DNA of 64,000 nt from Pseudovirgaria hyperparasitica. Its lineage: Eukaryota. The stretch lies in assembly GCA_010093815.1 (NCBI GenBank), contig ML996580.1; one strand, 5' to 3'. Below the pieces are notes generated by a model, which saw only the letters and a program-made list of their open reading frames with translations, did not search any database and had not been told where the DNA came from. Within the stretch, counting starts at the first letter, position 1; each line of letters opens with the position of its first letter. Shown here piece after piece: positions 10,978-22,776 of the stretch. The position numbers and the translations under genes are program-made.

Positions 10978-12868
10978 TCACGCCCTCCGCCTCACCCGAA
11001 TCGTCGCCTTCATCGGCGGCAACACCGTCGGTCCAATCCACGTATTCGCCGGCCGTTCGGGCAGCCGCTCAATCTCATAGTTCATCACCACGTACGCAAT
11101 GTACATCTTCAGCTCGTGCGTGACGAAGAAGCGGCCGGGACTAAATATCAAAAACACACACACGTACGTTAACACGGCTGCTCTAGGAAACGTGAAAGAG
11201 GAGGGAGGGGAGATGAGAGACTCACCAAGCATGCCGCCCATGGCCAAACGGCAAAAACACATCACTCGTACTGACCATACTCAGATTCTTACCCGCCAGC
11301 ACGTCCGCGCGCCCCCTTTCCCTATCCCCACCACCACCACCACCACCACCACCACCATCCTCACCCCCAAGCCCCCCCGCCCCCTCCCGCACGCGCGAAA
11401 AGCGAAACGCATCAAACACATCCGGCCGGGCATAAACCCCAGGATCATGATGCACACTATTAACATCCACAGCCACAAACGCGCCCTGCGGGGCCGTCCA
11501 GCCCTCCACCTCATTGCGCACCCCCAGCGGCGCCAAGATCTTGCGCACGACGCCCGTAGTCAGGAAATTGCGTATGCGCATGCTCTCGCGGATGGCGCTG
11601 TCGGTGCGCACGAGGCGGTTGAGGCTCTGCTTTGTCCAGATGCCGTCGGGGCAGTCTGTGCGGTAGACGTGGGTGATTTCGTCGGTTATGGTGGCGAGGG
11701 TATCGTCGGCGGGGCATGTGGGCGAGGGGGCGAGGATGTCGAAGAGGAGGTTTGTGATTGTGAAGGTTGTGGTGTGGATGGCGGCGAAGTTGAGGGGGGT
11801 GAGGTATTGGGCTAGGAGACGCGGGTCGAGCTCCTTTGTGCGGTGCTCGGCGCGGGCGGTGTCGATGTACCACTGGACGAAGTCGTTTGGCTTTTCTGCG
11901 TCGGGGTGGTCGGAGGAAGCGAGGGTGGCGAGACGGCGCTTGATAAAGGGGATAGTCCACTTTGTTGTCTTGCGGTAGTGGATGTAGTTGGGCAGACAGA
12001 CGAGCGGGCCGAGCAGCGGGCGCAGCACGCCCGGACAGAGGTTCATGAGCATGGTGGAGCGGAAGACGGCGTTGGCAAAGGCGCACATGGCGTCCAGCAG
12101 CGGCTTTTCGCGGCACAGCGGCAGGCCGAGGAAGACGCGGTTGGACAGCCGCGCAATCACGTCGAGCGCATTCTCGTACACGCAAATCTCCTTCCAGGCT
12201 GTCGTGTCGCGGCCCCAGGTGTCGTCAAAGGCCTGGCGGGTCTCGTCCCAGGTGGCGGGTAGGAGGGCTGGTAGTTTGCGGGCGAGGTTCTTGTGGATGA
12301 CGTGCTCGTGGAAGCATTCCTTGATTAGGATGGGGTTGGGGAAGGTGTAGTCTGCGTTGAGGGACTGGCGGTGGGCCTCGGAGACGCTCGCGACGTCGCT
12401 GCGGATTGGGGGGTCAGCGTCAACACATTTAAGAAGGACAAGGTGGACATAATTACTCGGGAAAGTCAAGCAGCCATTTGAGCTGCGCCCTGGGCACGAC
12501 AATCTCAGGGGTGCCAAACAGCGTGCGATAGACGTAGGAACGGCCTTTTTGGTGGTACTGCAGGGGCAAAACACGGGTCAGTCTGCGGCTCGTTTCTCGT
12601 GAATGCTGTGCGACCATGAAGAGACCATGATCAGGATTGCCGTCCTTACATTCGCGTAGCCATCCGCGAGGTACGCTCTCGCATTCCTGAAGCCGTCGAG
12701 TCGCAGACGGATGTCGCCAAAGAGACGCACGCCCGGCGGTTTGCCCAGCCATGGCAGCTCGGCGGGAACGGGCGTGGTGGAGGTGAGGAGAGAGTATGCG
12801 AGATAGTAGAGGGCGCCAAGCCCCAGGGCGGCCCAGAGGGTAGGGATAGAGAGGGGCAGCTCCATCAT
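10978..12868 (-). CDS. Cytochrome P450 monooxygenase, 4 exons (12868-12650, 12557-12457, 12398-11226, 11140-10978)
   Basis: N-terminal membrane anchor LWAALGLGALYYL, I-helix AAIHTT, K-helix ESMR, FDAFRF. The heme motif FGHGRHACPG forms only after splicing (TG|gtgag...tag|T). Donors gtaagg, gtaatt, gtgagt keep the frame. Confidence 0.93.
11328..11357. repeat. (ACC)n microsatellite encoding a poly-Gly insert in the P450
   Basis: ccaccaccacc... on the plus strand reads GGT repeats in the P450 frame, between FDAFRF and the heme motif. Confidence 0.85.
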
Positions 12869-13057
12869 CTGGGGACTGACTGGATGGATGGATGGGAAGA
12901 GGGAGGGATCTCACGTAACACGACGCAATGGATGGATGCAAGCAAGGGGCGTTAACTCGCAGACGCGCGCTTATTATGGGTGAGATAAATATGTGGGGAG
13001 GACTTGGGAGGAGGAGGAGGAGGGGAGGAATTTGAATATTTTGGAAACGAAAGATGG

Positions 13058-13135
13058 TTATAATTATCAGTCAACCAATTCCGGGCCTTTTAGTTGATTG
13101 ACTAGTCCGCCGCCGTTCCGGTCCGGTCAACCAAT
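13058..13135 (-). promoter_or_regulatory. Putative P450 promoter: TATA-like element plus three GTCAA(C/T)CAA copies (two contain CCAAT)
   Basis: TTATAA at 13058-13063; AGTCAACCAATT at 13069-13080; inverted copy GTTGATTGACT at 13093-13103; GTCAACCAAT at 13126-13135; all about 200-270 bp upstream of the ATG at 12868. Confidence 0.4.
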
Positions 13136-13750
13136 CGACATGAGGGGAGTCCGCACCCGGCGCGCAGTGGTCCGTCCACAGAGTTGCAATGCATCACCCG
13201 TTAGTTAGCAACGTCGCAACGTCGCAACGTAGGAACGTAGGAACGTAGTAATATGGCTCCAGCCCGATCGGATACACATACACAGACACATGTACATTGG
13301 CCCAACATTGCCCGCCAGTTCAACGGCTTGCTCGAGGTGGTGGTGGTGGTGGTGGTGGTGCTCGAGGCTGCCACAAGCAAGCAAACAATACAACATCCGT
13401 GACATGGCTTCCACCTTTCCGAGCCGGGATGTATAGCAACACCGGTGACCGCAGGCTGTGTCGCGTTGTATGTCGTCTCGAGCGACGCGTTCAACGTGTT
13501 GCCGTCGAGTCGAGCCAAGAGTCAAGCAGTCAGGCCAGAGTCACGCAGTCAGGCTGCAAGTCACGCAGGCAGGCAGCAAACCAAGTCCAACATGTCCATT
13601 TTCTCGGGTAATCTATATAAAGGAGGGTATATTGCCGTCGTAATATCATAAGACGCATTTTAGACATACATGAACGGGGTCAGGCCATTCAGCATCGCGC
13701 GCATCGCCTTCCTGCAAACCAATGGATGCGCGCCCGGATATCGTCCAAAA

Positions 13751-13866
13751 GCATGCCCCCAAAAATTATGCATTTCCAAACATGAACTTCCAACATGCAC
13801 TGCCAAACATGCACTGCCAAACATGCATTTTTCCAAAATATGCTCTGTCCAAATATGCCCTCCAAA
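13751..13866. repeat. Degenerate ~14-bp minisatellite (CATGCACTGCCAAA-like, about 8 copies)
   Basis: catgcccccaaaa / tatgcatttccaaa / catgaacttccaa / catgcactgccaaa x2 / catgcatttttccaaaa / tatgctctgtccaaa / tatgccctccaaa. Confidence 0.8.
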
Positions 13867-13935
13867 CGGTGCAGAATAATTACATTAGTGTGTATTATGG
13901 CGCGCGCGCGTGTGCGACGAACGCCTGTCCAGCAG

Positions 13936-13970
13936 CCTTGGGCAGTCCTAACCAAAACGACTGCCCAAGG
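13936..13970. repeat. Perfect 12-bp inverted repeat (hairpin, 11-nt loop)
   Basis: CCTTGGGCAGTC (13936-13947) and GACTGCCCAAGG (13959-13970). Confidence 0.9.
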
Positions 13971-14068
13971 AGTTGGGAGGGTAGAATGCAAAACGGTTCC
14001 ATGTCATGCAGTGTATAGAATGTGTTGGTTTTTTTTTTTTGGAAGCAAGGACAAGAAGCCATCGGGGC

Positions 14069-16510
14069 TTACATCCAGCCTAGGCCGACACCAATGGCAC
14101 CAGCAACCCAGGCCTCGATACCTCCGGCGCCTCCCATCAGTCCGCCAGGGCCGTAGCGGGCTGCAGCGCCTGTGCTGCCTGGATCGTACATTGTGATTGT
14201 GGGTGTGTACTCGGTCGTGGGACTCGGCGTCGTGACTTGTGTGGGCGGCTGAGGAGGAGTGCTTGTTTCGGGGGGTGGAGGAAGAGGAGGAGAGTCTGAA
14301 GTTGGAGGAGGAGGAGGGGATGAAGGAGGTGTAGGAGGACTCGACGACGGCGCGATGCTCGAAGGAGACGCAGGTGGGGGAGGTGGGGGGTTCGATGATG
14401 GAGTGGGGGATACTGCAACCGATGAGTCAGGAGTGAAAGGCGGATTTGAAGATGGCGGTGCTGGAGGATTCGGCGAGGGCACCGTACTTGGAGTTTGGAT
14501 GGCAGACTCCCTCGAATAGGCAGTGGTAGTCTGCCTCTCAATAGTGGCGGTTCTGGTCAAAACGTTTTGGAGGTTCTGAGTGACATCTCCAGTCACGGTC
14601 GGGACGCTGCGGATGGGGTCGCAAGACTCGCCAATGGGCTCGCCACCAAGCTGCTCAATGATGGTGGGCAGGGTGTTGAGATAGTCAATCAGGGCGTCTG
14701 GCGGGCTCGGGGGCGTAATCTCGGCGCGCTCAAAGATGAGCGGGGCATAGTCAGTCGGCACCGGCAGGGTGAGAGTGGCAGCGCTCGAGACACATGCCGT
14801 AGGCTGCGCAATGACCGTGGATCGCGTAAAGTCATTGTACAAGACATAGGTGGTCGGGTAGGTCCTGTGGGGGAAGAATGTTAGCCGACTTCTTTTTTAC
14901 AGTTTGACCAAAAGTACGAACAGAGTAGTGCCATACGACTCCCAGGTAATCTCAGGCGTGGGAGTGGCGGCTGGAGGCTGATTGACCGTCTCTCCGGTGA
15001 TGGTGGTGACTGAACCGTCCAGACGGGAGAGAACGGTGATGCCGACGACGGTGTTGTAGAATGTGACGGTATTGGTAGAGACGGTACCGGGGTACGCAAG
15101 CTCCGTCGCGGTGACGTCCACTGTACAGCCTTGGTCGCAAGAAATGGACGGCGACGAAGGAGGTTGAGATGGCGTGGGGGTTGGCGTCGGAGTGGGCGTG
15201 GGCGTGGGCGTGACTCCGGGCGTAAGGGTGAAGGTGACGGTGGACGTGACTGTGGACACAAAAGTGGTAGTCTCGCCAGGCAGGGTGGTGGTGACAATGG
15301 TGGTGATAATATCACCGGGCTGAGTGACGATGCTTCCCGGAAGGGTCACTGTATCCGGGGGCAGCGTGACTGTCTCTACGGAAGTGACCGTCTCTGGCGG
15401 GAGAGTGGTGGTGATGATTGTGGTAAAGGTGGTTATGCTGACGCTAGTGATGACTGAGGTGATAACATCCGTCTCGACAATGGTGGTAGGCTGAGTAAGG
15501 ATTGACGTCTCAATCTCCGTGACCGGATAAGACTCGGTAAGCACGCTGGTGTCAAGCTCGGTGGTGACGACAGTCGTAGGCTCGTAGATGGTCTCGCGGA
15601 TCGTGGTTGGAACGGTCGTCGGGACCACGGTGGTCTCGGTCTCGGTGATGTAGGTTGGGACCAGGGACGTGTAGGTCGTGGTGTAAGTCGTCGTGGTGGT
15701 CTCGGTGGAGATGATGGTAGAGGTCTGAATGACAGTGACCGGGTAATACTCGGTGATGAGAACGGTGGTTGGGTAGTAGTCCACGCGGGTAGTGGTTTCG
15801 ACGACGGTGGTGGGCAGGAACTCAGTCGAGACAACAGTGGTCGGATAGTACTCCGTGGTGACGACAGTTGTTGGCACAAACTCGGTGTGGGTGATGCAGT
15901 ACGTCTCCGTGACGACCTCGGTGATGGTTGTTGGCACGTAGTCGGTGTAGACGGTGGTGTATACCGAGGTGACGGGCGTGGGGACAAGCTCAGTGCGCAC
16001 GTCGGTGACGACGTCGGTCTCGACGATGGTGTTGTCGAGGGTGGTGGGCTGGTAGACAGTCTCCTTCTCGGTGACGGGGATGGTGGCGTTGGAGACGTAG
16101 GTAATGTAGGAGGTGACGGTGGAGACGTATGAGTAGGTCTCTATGACGGAAACAGTCTTGGTCACGGTGCCTTCAGACGGACAGACGAGCGAGCTGGACG
16201 GGCCGGACGAGCTTGGTGGGCTTGAAGGGCTCGAGGGGCTTGAAGGGCTCGGAGTGGGCTCTTCTGAAGTTGGAGTCGGCGTGGGAGTAGGCGTAGGGGT
16301 AGGCTCTGGAGTTGGAGTGTCTGGCGGACAGCCATATCCCTCGCAGGGAGCTGGAGTGGGCGTGGGAGTGGGAGTCTCTGGAGGAGGCGGACAGCCGTAG
16401 CCGTCGCAGGGCCATGGAGAGCTGGATGGAGAATCGGCAGCTGGAGGCGAGCCGTCGTAGGTCGCGGCAGACAGGCCAAAGAGAGCGGCCAGCAGTAGGT
16501 GACGACGCAT
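14069..16510 (-). CDS. Secreted Thr/Pro/Ser-rich, probably GPI-anchored cell-wall or adhesin-like protein, 2 exons (16510-14922, 14864-14069)
   Basis: Signal peptide MRRHLLLAALFGLSAA; two PC(D/E)GYGCPP-TPTP repeats; many TE(Y/F)xPTTVV repeats. Intron gttcgt...gctaac...cacag joins ORF 14897..16741 to 14069..14842 in frame (GTTL-TYPTTYVLYND). The C-terminus has small residues followed by a hydrophobic tail (GAAA...AWVAGAIGVGLGWM). Confidence 0.85.
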
Positions 16511-17163
16511 GGTAGCGAGTGTGGGCGTCGTCGTCGAACCGTTAAAAGGATGAAGCAGTCCGTCGTAGAAGCAGGAGACGGCGACCTTTTTTCGGATGTA
16601 TGTTAGAAGAGAGTGACCAAGGCCGGGAAAAAGGAGGAATTGAATTGAAGGGAGTTGGGAAGAGAGGTTAAAAGAGGAGTAGGCAGAGAACGAACGGGTA
16701 AACAGGTCCGGGAGTGGCAAGCATGAAGAGAAAAGAAGCATGGCATGGCGCGAGTGGGTTTGTGTGTGGGAGAGAGTGTGTTTGTACCGACAAGCGGAAA
16801 GAGTGGATCAGGAACACGACTTACCTTACTACGACTACTACCTCTCTCTCTCCCCGTCTAGGCTGGGTGGGTGGATGGATGAGTTTGTGGGAAAAAGGTG
16901 GAGCAAGAACGAGGTGTAGTAGGATGTGGGAAGGTATTTAGGTAGTAGTGAGTAATGAGTAATGAGTGATGCAGCAAAGGTTTAGTAGTAAAAGGTATTA
17001 GATGGCACTGTACCTTGAACGACGACGATGCATGGCTTAGTTCAGACCGGGGGAGGGGGGGAGGGAGGGATAGAGAGGCCCATGGGATATATAGATAAAA
17101 AGAACGACGACAAGCAAGCCGACAAGGCTGCGGAAGGAGCAGCAGCAAGTGATTGGGAGGAGG

Positions 17164-17206
17164 CATCTCGCATCACGCATCTCGCATCACGCATCTCGCA
17201 TCTCGC
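17164..17206. repeat. Heptamer tandem repeat (CATC(T/A)CG)n
   Basis: catctcg catcacg catctcg catcacg catctcg catctcg. Confidence 0.85.
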
Positions 17207-18928
17207 ACCATCCAAGCTTTGACACTACCAATAACTAATTAGCGGGCGAAGACGAGGACAAATGAATGGATGGATGGAGGCAGTTGGGCGTAAACAAGAA
17301 AGTGTATTATAGCGTGTGAAGGGAGTGGAGTGGGATGCATGTTGGACGCCAGAAGAAATCAGCAGGAGCGATCGTAGCAAGTGCGACGGACGCAGCCCAA
17401 AGAGGGAAACAGCAGGCCGGAAGAGGACTAGCGGGACAGTGAGCAGAAGTGGCAGGAGCAGCAGCTTAACAGTCAATACTTATTGCCGCAACGACAGCGA
17501 ATCCACTCCAGCTGCACTTTCACCTTGACCTTGCAGTAGAGGAGACGGACAGAAGAAGTGATGGCTGAAGAAGAGAGTGTCGACTGGCTTGGACGACTTG
17601 TACAAACACTCACTCACTCAGTCACTGACTCACTCCAACAGTCCTGTCAATGTTATACTATATATCATCGTTATTCAAGGTGAGTAGTAAAGTGTGATGG
17701 AGTGTAAGACAACAAGGCTGAGAGAGAGAGAGAGAGAGATGGGTCTAGGGTGCAGGGTCAGACACGCTAGACTATACTGGGCTAGCGGGGCCAAGACAGG
17801 CACGACTAGTAGTGTGCTGACTAGTCTAGTGCGCGGCGGAGATCGGGCGAGGCTGAGAGTTGATGGATGAGAGACAGCGAGACAGCAAGTAAAGGGTGCG
17901 GCGGCGGCGTGTGTTGTGTTGTTTGTGTCTGTCTAGTACACGGCCAGTCCAGTCGACACAACAGAGAATGACGTGTAGACATGTCCTGTATACACTGGAC
18001 TGTAGTCGGATATACTACAACAACAGCATCAACAATAGGGCAGTCTTCGCCCCCTCCAGTTGTTGTCTATCAGCACTATCAGCACCATCAGCACCATCAC
18101 GCCCCAACACCCGCTAAACTGCTGCTAGCCCCCGATTTCCCGACTCCGAGCCCCACCAGCGCGCGGACGGGCGACGGGACTGCGCACAACACAGCACGGT
18201 CCCAGTAATTCTCCGACTTGAGGCCTCGCTTCCAACTCTCCACGCCTCCACACCACCACACACCACCGTGTCGTCCGTGCGCTGACTACACTTTGTTTTC
18301 ACTTCTCAAGAGTGGCATATCTTCGCCCCCTCGTTCGATTCCAGCGACAGGAATAGCAAAGACGATAAACAACTTCAATAATCTCTGTCTTATTCAAATT
18401 GAGACAGCAGTCTTGCTTGTTGCTTGCCATCACCTGATCGCCATTCCCTTCTGTATTGTCCCTCCCGTTGTCACGCCGCCTAGCCTCCACCTAATCCTGT
18501 TACTGTTGCTGCTGTGCCGCACTCCTGCAGCTTCACTGCTTGCTGGATGGATGGATGGATGCTCAACTATGACTCTCGTGCAGCCATCTCCCTCTCTATT
18601 GGCTCCTTGAAGCCTGATCATTATCTTCGCCCTGGCCCGTTCCGCTCTCGCTCCTCACTCTAATTACTACTATACTACCGCCTCCGCCACAGCCTGGCCA
18701 CTTTACTCTCTCTCATCTTCGATCTGTTGCTTCATCTCCTTCCATCACTTGCATATCCAATTCTCCATCCTCTCCCTCAACCGACGAGGCCAGCCTTGTC
18801 TCTCCCCGTTCACCATTATTATCCCCAGTCCAATCTAGATAGCAACTGCCAGCACCCCCCCTCCCCCTGATCTTCCAATATTCTCTATTCTTATCCTCAC
18901 ACTCTTACGGCCACCCATATAATCTAAG

Positions 18929-18929
<1 letters not shown>

Positions 18930-18967
<38 letters not shown>
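18930..18967. repeat. (TG)n microsatellite
   Basis: About 19 TG units. Confidence 0.95.
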
Positions 18968-18968
<1 letters not shown>

Positions 18969-19464
18969 TATGTGCCGCGCTCGCCCACGCCAGGATCATG
19001 GTGGGCCTGTCTCGTTTGCTGACAGCTCAATCCCTTGCATATCACATTCCCACCCTGGATCTGCCTATTCTCTCCCATTCTCCCATCCAATTCATCCGAC
19101 TCATCCATCCATCCATCCAATCCATTCTATCCCGCCATCCACTCTCCCTCCCTCCATTCATCATCACTTCTGCCTATGACCATTACTCTCCTACTCGTCC
19201 TCTAAGCCGCACTTTATCCGCCCATTCCATCTCTCCCTCTCAGCCTCACCTTCGCCGCATACACTCTCTTACTCCTCTTCTCTGCCCGTCCATTCACTCT
19301 TCTCTACTCTTCCTCCTCCTCTCCATGTAGTGTGGGGTTGTGGCTCCCGCCTAGACCATCCTCCATACCCATGTCCGTCTGCCTGCTTTAAGCTTACATG
19401 CCACCACACTCACGCTCTCTTGCTTCTACTGTCGCTCACATCCAACCTACCTTCCGACTCTCCT

Positions 19465-19495
<31 letters not shown>

Positions 19496-19498
19496 ATC

Positions 19499-21774
19499 AT
19501 GTCGCTGGCCGTCCGAGCCGACGCCTTGACTGCCATTCCCAACCCATACGTCTTCCCTCCCTCCAGCAGATTCGAAGGCGTCGACGGCTCCTGGTCAACC
19601 TTCACCATCAACGTCGGCGATGATGGCCACGGCAACACCGGCCAAAACTTCCACATCTTCCCCTCCACCTCGGCCACCGCCACCTACATACCCGGTGCGA
19701 CAAACAACTTCTGCGGCAACCAGTCCGATCCCGACGCCTGCTGGGAGTCGCGTGGCATCCAGGTCTACAGAGGCTCGCAACAGAATGGCTTCAACACCCA
19801 GGCCGCCTCCGCCTGGAACCAGCTGGGCTCCTACAATCTCGGCCTCGACACTACCACCTTTGGCTATGGCGACAACGACTCGGCCATCTGGGGCACCGAC
19901 AATGTTGGCATAGGCGATGCCTCCACCGACAGTCAGACCCTGCCCGCCCAGCCCGTCGCCCTCTTCTACAATGCCACCTACTGGCTCGGCCTGTTTGGCC
20001 TGTCCACCGTCCCCACAAACATTGACGGCTCCGCATATCCCACCTTTATCGACAGCCTTTTCAAGTCTCTCGACGACAAGAACCAGTCCCTCATCCCCAG
20101 CATGTCCTACGGCTATGCCGCCGGCGCTTCTTATGGTGAGTTAGTCTGACACCGGGTGGAAAGATGGAGATGTGTATGCCGGGCACGGAAAGCCGGAGAT
20201 GTGTATGCCGGCCGTTTTCACACAAAGCTGACCCGTACATAGCGAATGCGCGCAAAGGCCAGGTCGGCAGTCTGATATTCGGCGGCTACGATGCCTCCTT
20301 GTTCGACACCTCGCGCACCGTCCAGATCAGCTTTCCGGGCGGCGTCGGCGGCGAGGATGTCTCCCTGTCCGCCGCAGTCACCTCCGTCGTCACGGATGAT
20401 GGCAACACCGTCCGCACACTCGACAACAGCAGGTTCTCCATCCTCATCGACTCCACCCTACCCTACCTCTGGCTGCCCGGCAACATCTGCGACCAGCTCG
20501 AGGATATATACGACATCACCGAGGGCCCGAACGGGCTGTACAATGTCTCCACCGCCCACTACCAACAGCACTTTGCCACAAACATCACCTTCTCCATCGC
20601 AAACAACGTCAACTCGATGGAAAAGGTCGACATCGTCCTCCCCTACGCCGCCCTCTACCACACGGCCAAGTACCCCGTCGTGCGCTCCGACACGCAGTAT
20701 CTCGCATTCAGACGCTCGCCAAACAACAACTACGTCCTCGGCCGTGCATTCCTACAGCACGCCTATCTGGTCGTCGACTACGAGCGAAGGTACTGGTCCG
20801 TCGCCCCCACCATCATCGCCGACCCGCTGCCCAGCCCAAACATCACCCGCATCCTCTCCCCCGCCATCCAGACCCCGGAGCCAACCCCAATCGCAAAGGA
20901 CAAGCTCAGCGGCGGCGCCATCGCCGGCATCGTCGTCGCCACCCTCGCCTTCGCCCTCGTCCTCGCCCTCGCCATCTTCTACTTCCGCAAGGCCCAGCAG
21001 AAGAAGCAGAAGCTGCTCGCCCAGCAGCAGCCCCTGCCCCCGGAAAAGGACATTTACGAGCACCCGGGCTCGCCCGCCCCGGCCTACGGCTCCGCCTCCA
21101 TCGCCAACAGCACCAACAAGAACCGCCACACCTACGACTCCCAGCTCAGCCAGGAAATGCCCGACTCGTCGCGCTCTGCCTCGGCACAAGGCTTCTACGG
21201 CGGTCACCACCGCCACTCCGAGTCCGGCTCCAACATCACCGAGCTCGTCGGCTCCCCCGCGCCGGGCTACTCCGACGCCAAATCCCCCGGCGGGCCTGGA
21301 GGATCAGCAGCAACAGCAGCAGACTCCTACTTCAAACACGGCCCCGGCGTCGTCGACCCCGCCCCGCTCGCCGAGCTCCCCGGCGACCACGGCATCTCCG
21401 AAGCCCCTCTACGCAGACCCCGTGGCGCAAGAAAGCGCAGCGCAGGCAGTAACGGGAAAGTCCAGAGTCCCGACGCCGACCGTCCGCTGCCCATTCACGA
21501 GGTCGAGGAGGGCGATCACGCGTCGCCGCCGCCGGCAGCGGGGCCTGACGGGTTACTTGCCGAGCCGCGGCCGGGAGAGGACAATCATGATGCGCAGTCG
21601 TCGGATGAGTCGGACGCGTCAAAGGGCTCGTCTGAGGACTCGCGTGTCGCGGTCGGGAGTGCTGATGCCGAGCGTGATTCGGCGGATGGTATTTCCCCTG
21701 CGCCGCCGCCGCCGACGACGACAGCACATACGGATCCGGGCAGCGACGCGGTGGCGAAAGAGATGAATCCCTGA
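19499..21774 (+). CDS. Membrane-anchored pepsin-like (peptidase A1) protein, probably catalytically inactive; 2 exons (19499-20135, 20243-21774); true start may lie upstream
   Basis: GVDGSWSTFTINVG, WLGLFGL, IPSMSYGYAAGA, GSLIFGGYD, ILIDSTLPYLWLP, VLGRAFLQHAYLVVDYE. TM helix GAIAGIVVATLAFALVLALAIFYF followed by RKAQQKK and a disordered tail. Intron gtgagt...gctgac...atag. Confidence 0.88.
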
Positions 21775-22161
21775 GATCTGAACGTCCATCTACACGCAAA
21801 TTACATGAAGTCAGACAAAATCACATATATCTGCACCATCTCGACGAGTCTATTATTCACCATCCATCCCGGTCACGTTCACGTTCTTGTTCATGTTGAT
21901 GTTTTCGTCCATGTACCTTTTCCCCCCTTTTTTTACACCCTTTTATTTTCAGCAACAGTTTTTGTTTCCGTGCTGCTTTCACACTCCTTTTAACCATGAT
22001 ATCCCGGGTTTTTTTGGTTCTACTTCACTCTTTTGGCATTGCTGCGTTTTGGGCATATCACGGCGCTGGTTGGGATTGATGTCGGGGTGGATGTGGGAAT
22101 TGGTTCGGTTGGGTTGGGGCGGTCTTGTCTTGGGTTTCTTGGCATATATGGGGGTATAGCA

Positions 22162-22248
22162 TGTTGTAGGGTGGAGGATGGCGTGTTGTAGGGTGGAGGA
22201 TGGCGTGTTGTAGGGTGGAGGATGGCGTGTTGTAGGGCGAAGGATGGC
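22162..22248. repeat. 22-bp tandem repeat x4 (TGTTGTAGGGTGGAGGATGGCG)
   Basis: Three exact copies and one variant, with no spacers. Confidence 0.95.
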
Positions 22249-22342
22249 ATGGAAGCAGAGCAGAGCAGGTCATACGCTGTGGGCTGTTGGTTGGAAACTG
22301 CTAGCTAGGTATAGAAGACGCGCCGATGTTGAGATAAGAATG

Positions 22343-22434
22343 AAAATTGCAAAATGCGAAAATGCGAAATGCGAAAATGCGAAATGCGAAATGCGAAATG
22401 CGAAATGCGAATTGAAATTGGAAAATGCGAAATG
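22343..22434. repeat. (AAATGCG)n heptamer repeat
   Basis: About 10 degenerate GAAATGC/GAAAATGC units. Confidence 0.9.
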
Positions 22435-22776
22435 TATGAACTGAGTTGGATTGAGTTCGATTGATTGAATTGAAATGGATGGATGAATGGATCTCGTCAA
22501 ATATAGACATCCTCACGCCTCTGAAGTAAAAAAAAGCATCTGGCATGGCGAACTCTTATGTAGGGACTATGTATGACGCGACGACGCCCAACCCTTCCCC
22601 CCCCCTCGATCCTCTCTAGATAACTACACACATCCATACACCCATCCCCCTCCTCCCTCCCCTCTATCCTCATTCCCATATCCCCCAATTCCCCCCTCCA
22701 CCCTTCCCCTTTCTCCTTCTCCCCATCTCCCCCCCTTTACCCATCACCCTCTTAATTCCCCACCCCCTCACTCCCC

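Noticed and set aside
20166..20211. 17-nt direct repeat GGAGATGTGTATGCCGG inside an intron as a nested intron or element
   Set aside because: Simple local duplication; I found no internal donor-branch-acceptor set that rebuilds an outer splice site.
22162..22434. Short tandem repeats as a CRISPR-like array (also 48952-49023)
   Set aside because: Copies are adjacent with no unique spacers, there are no cas genes, and the DNA is eukaryotic.
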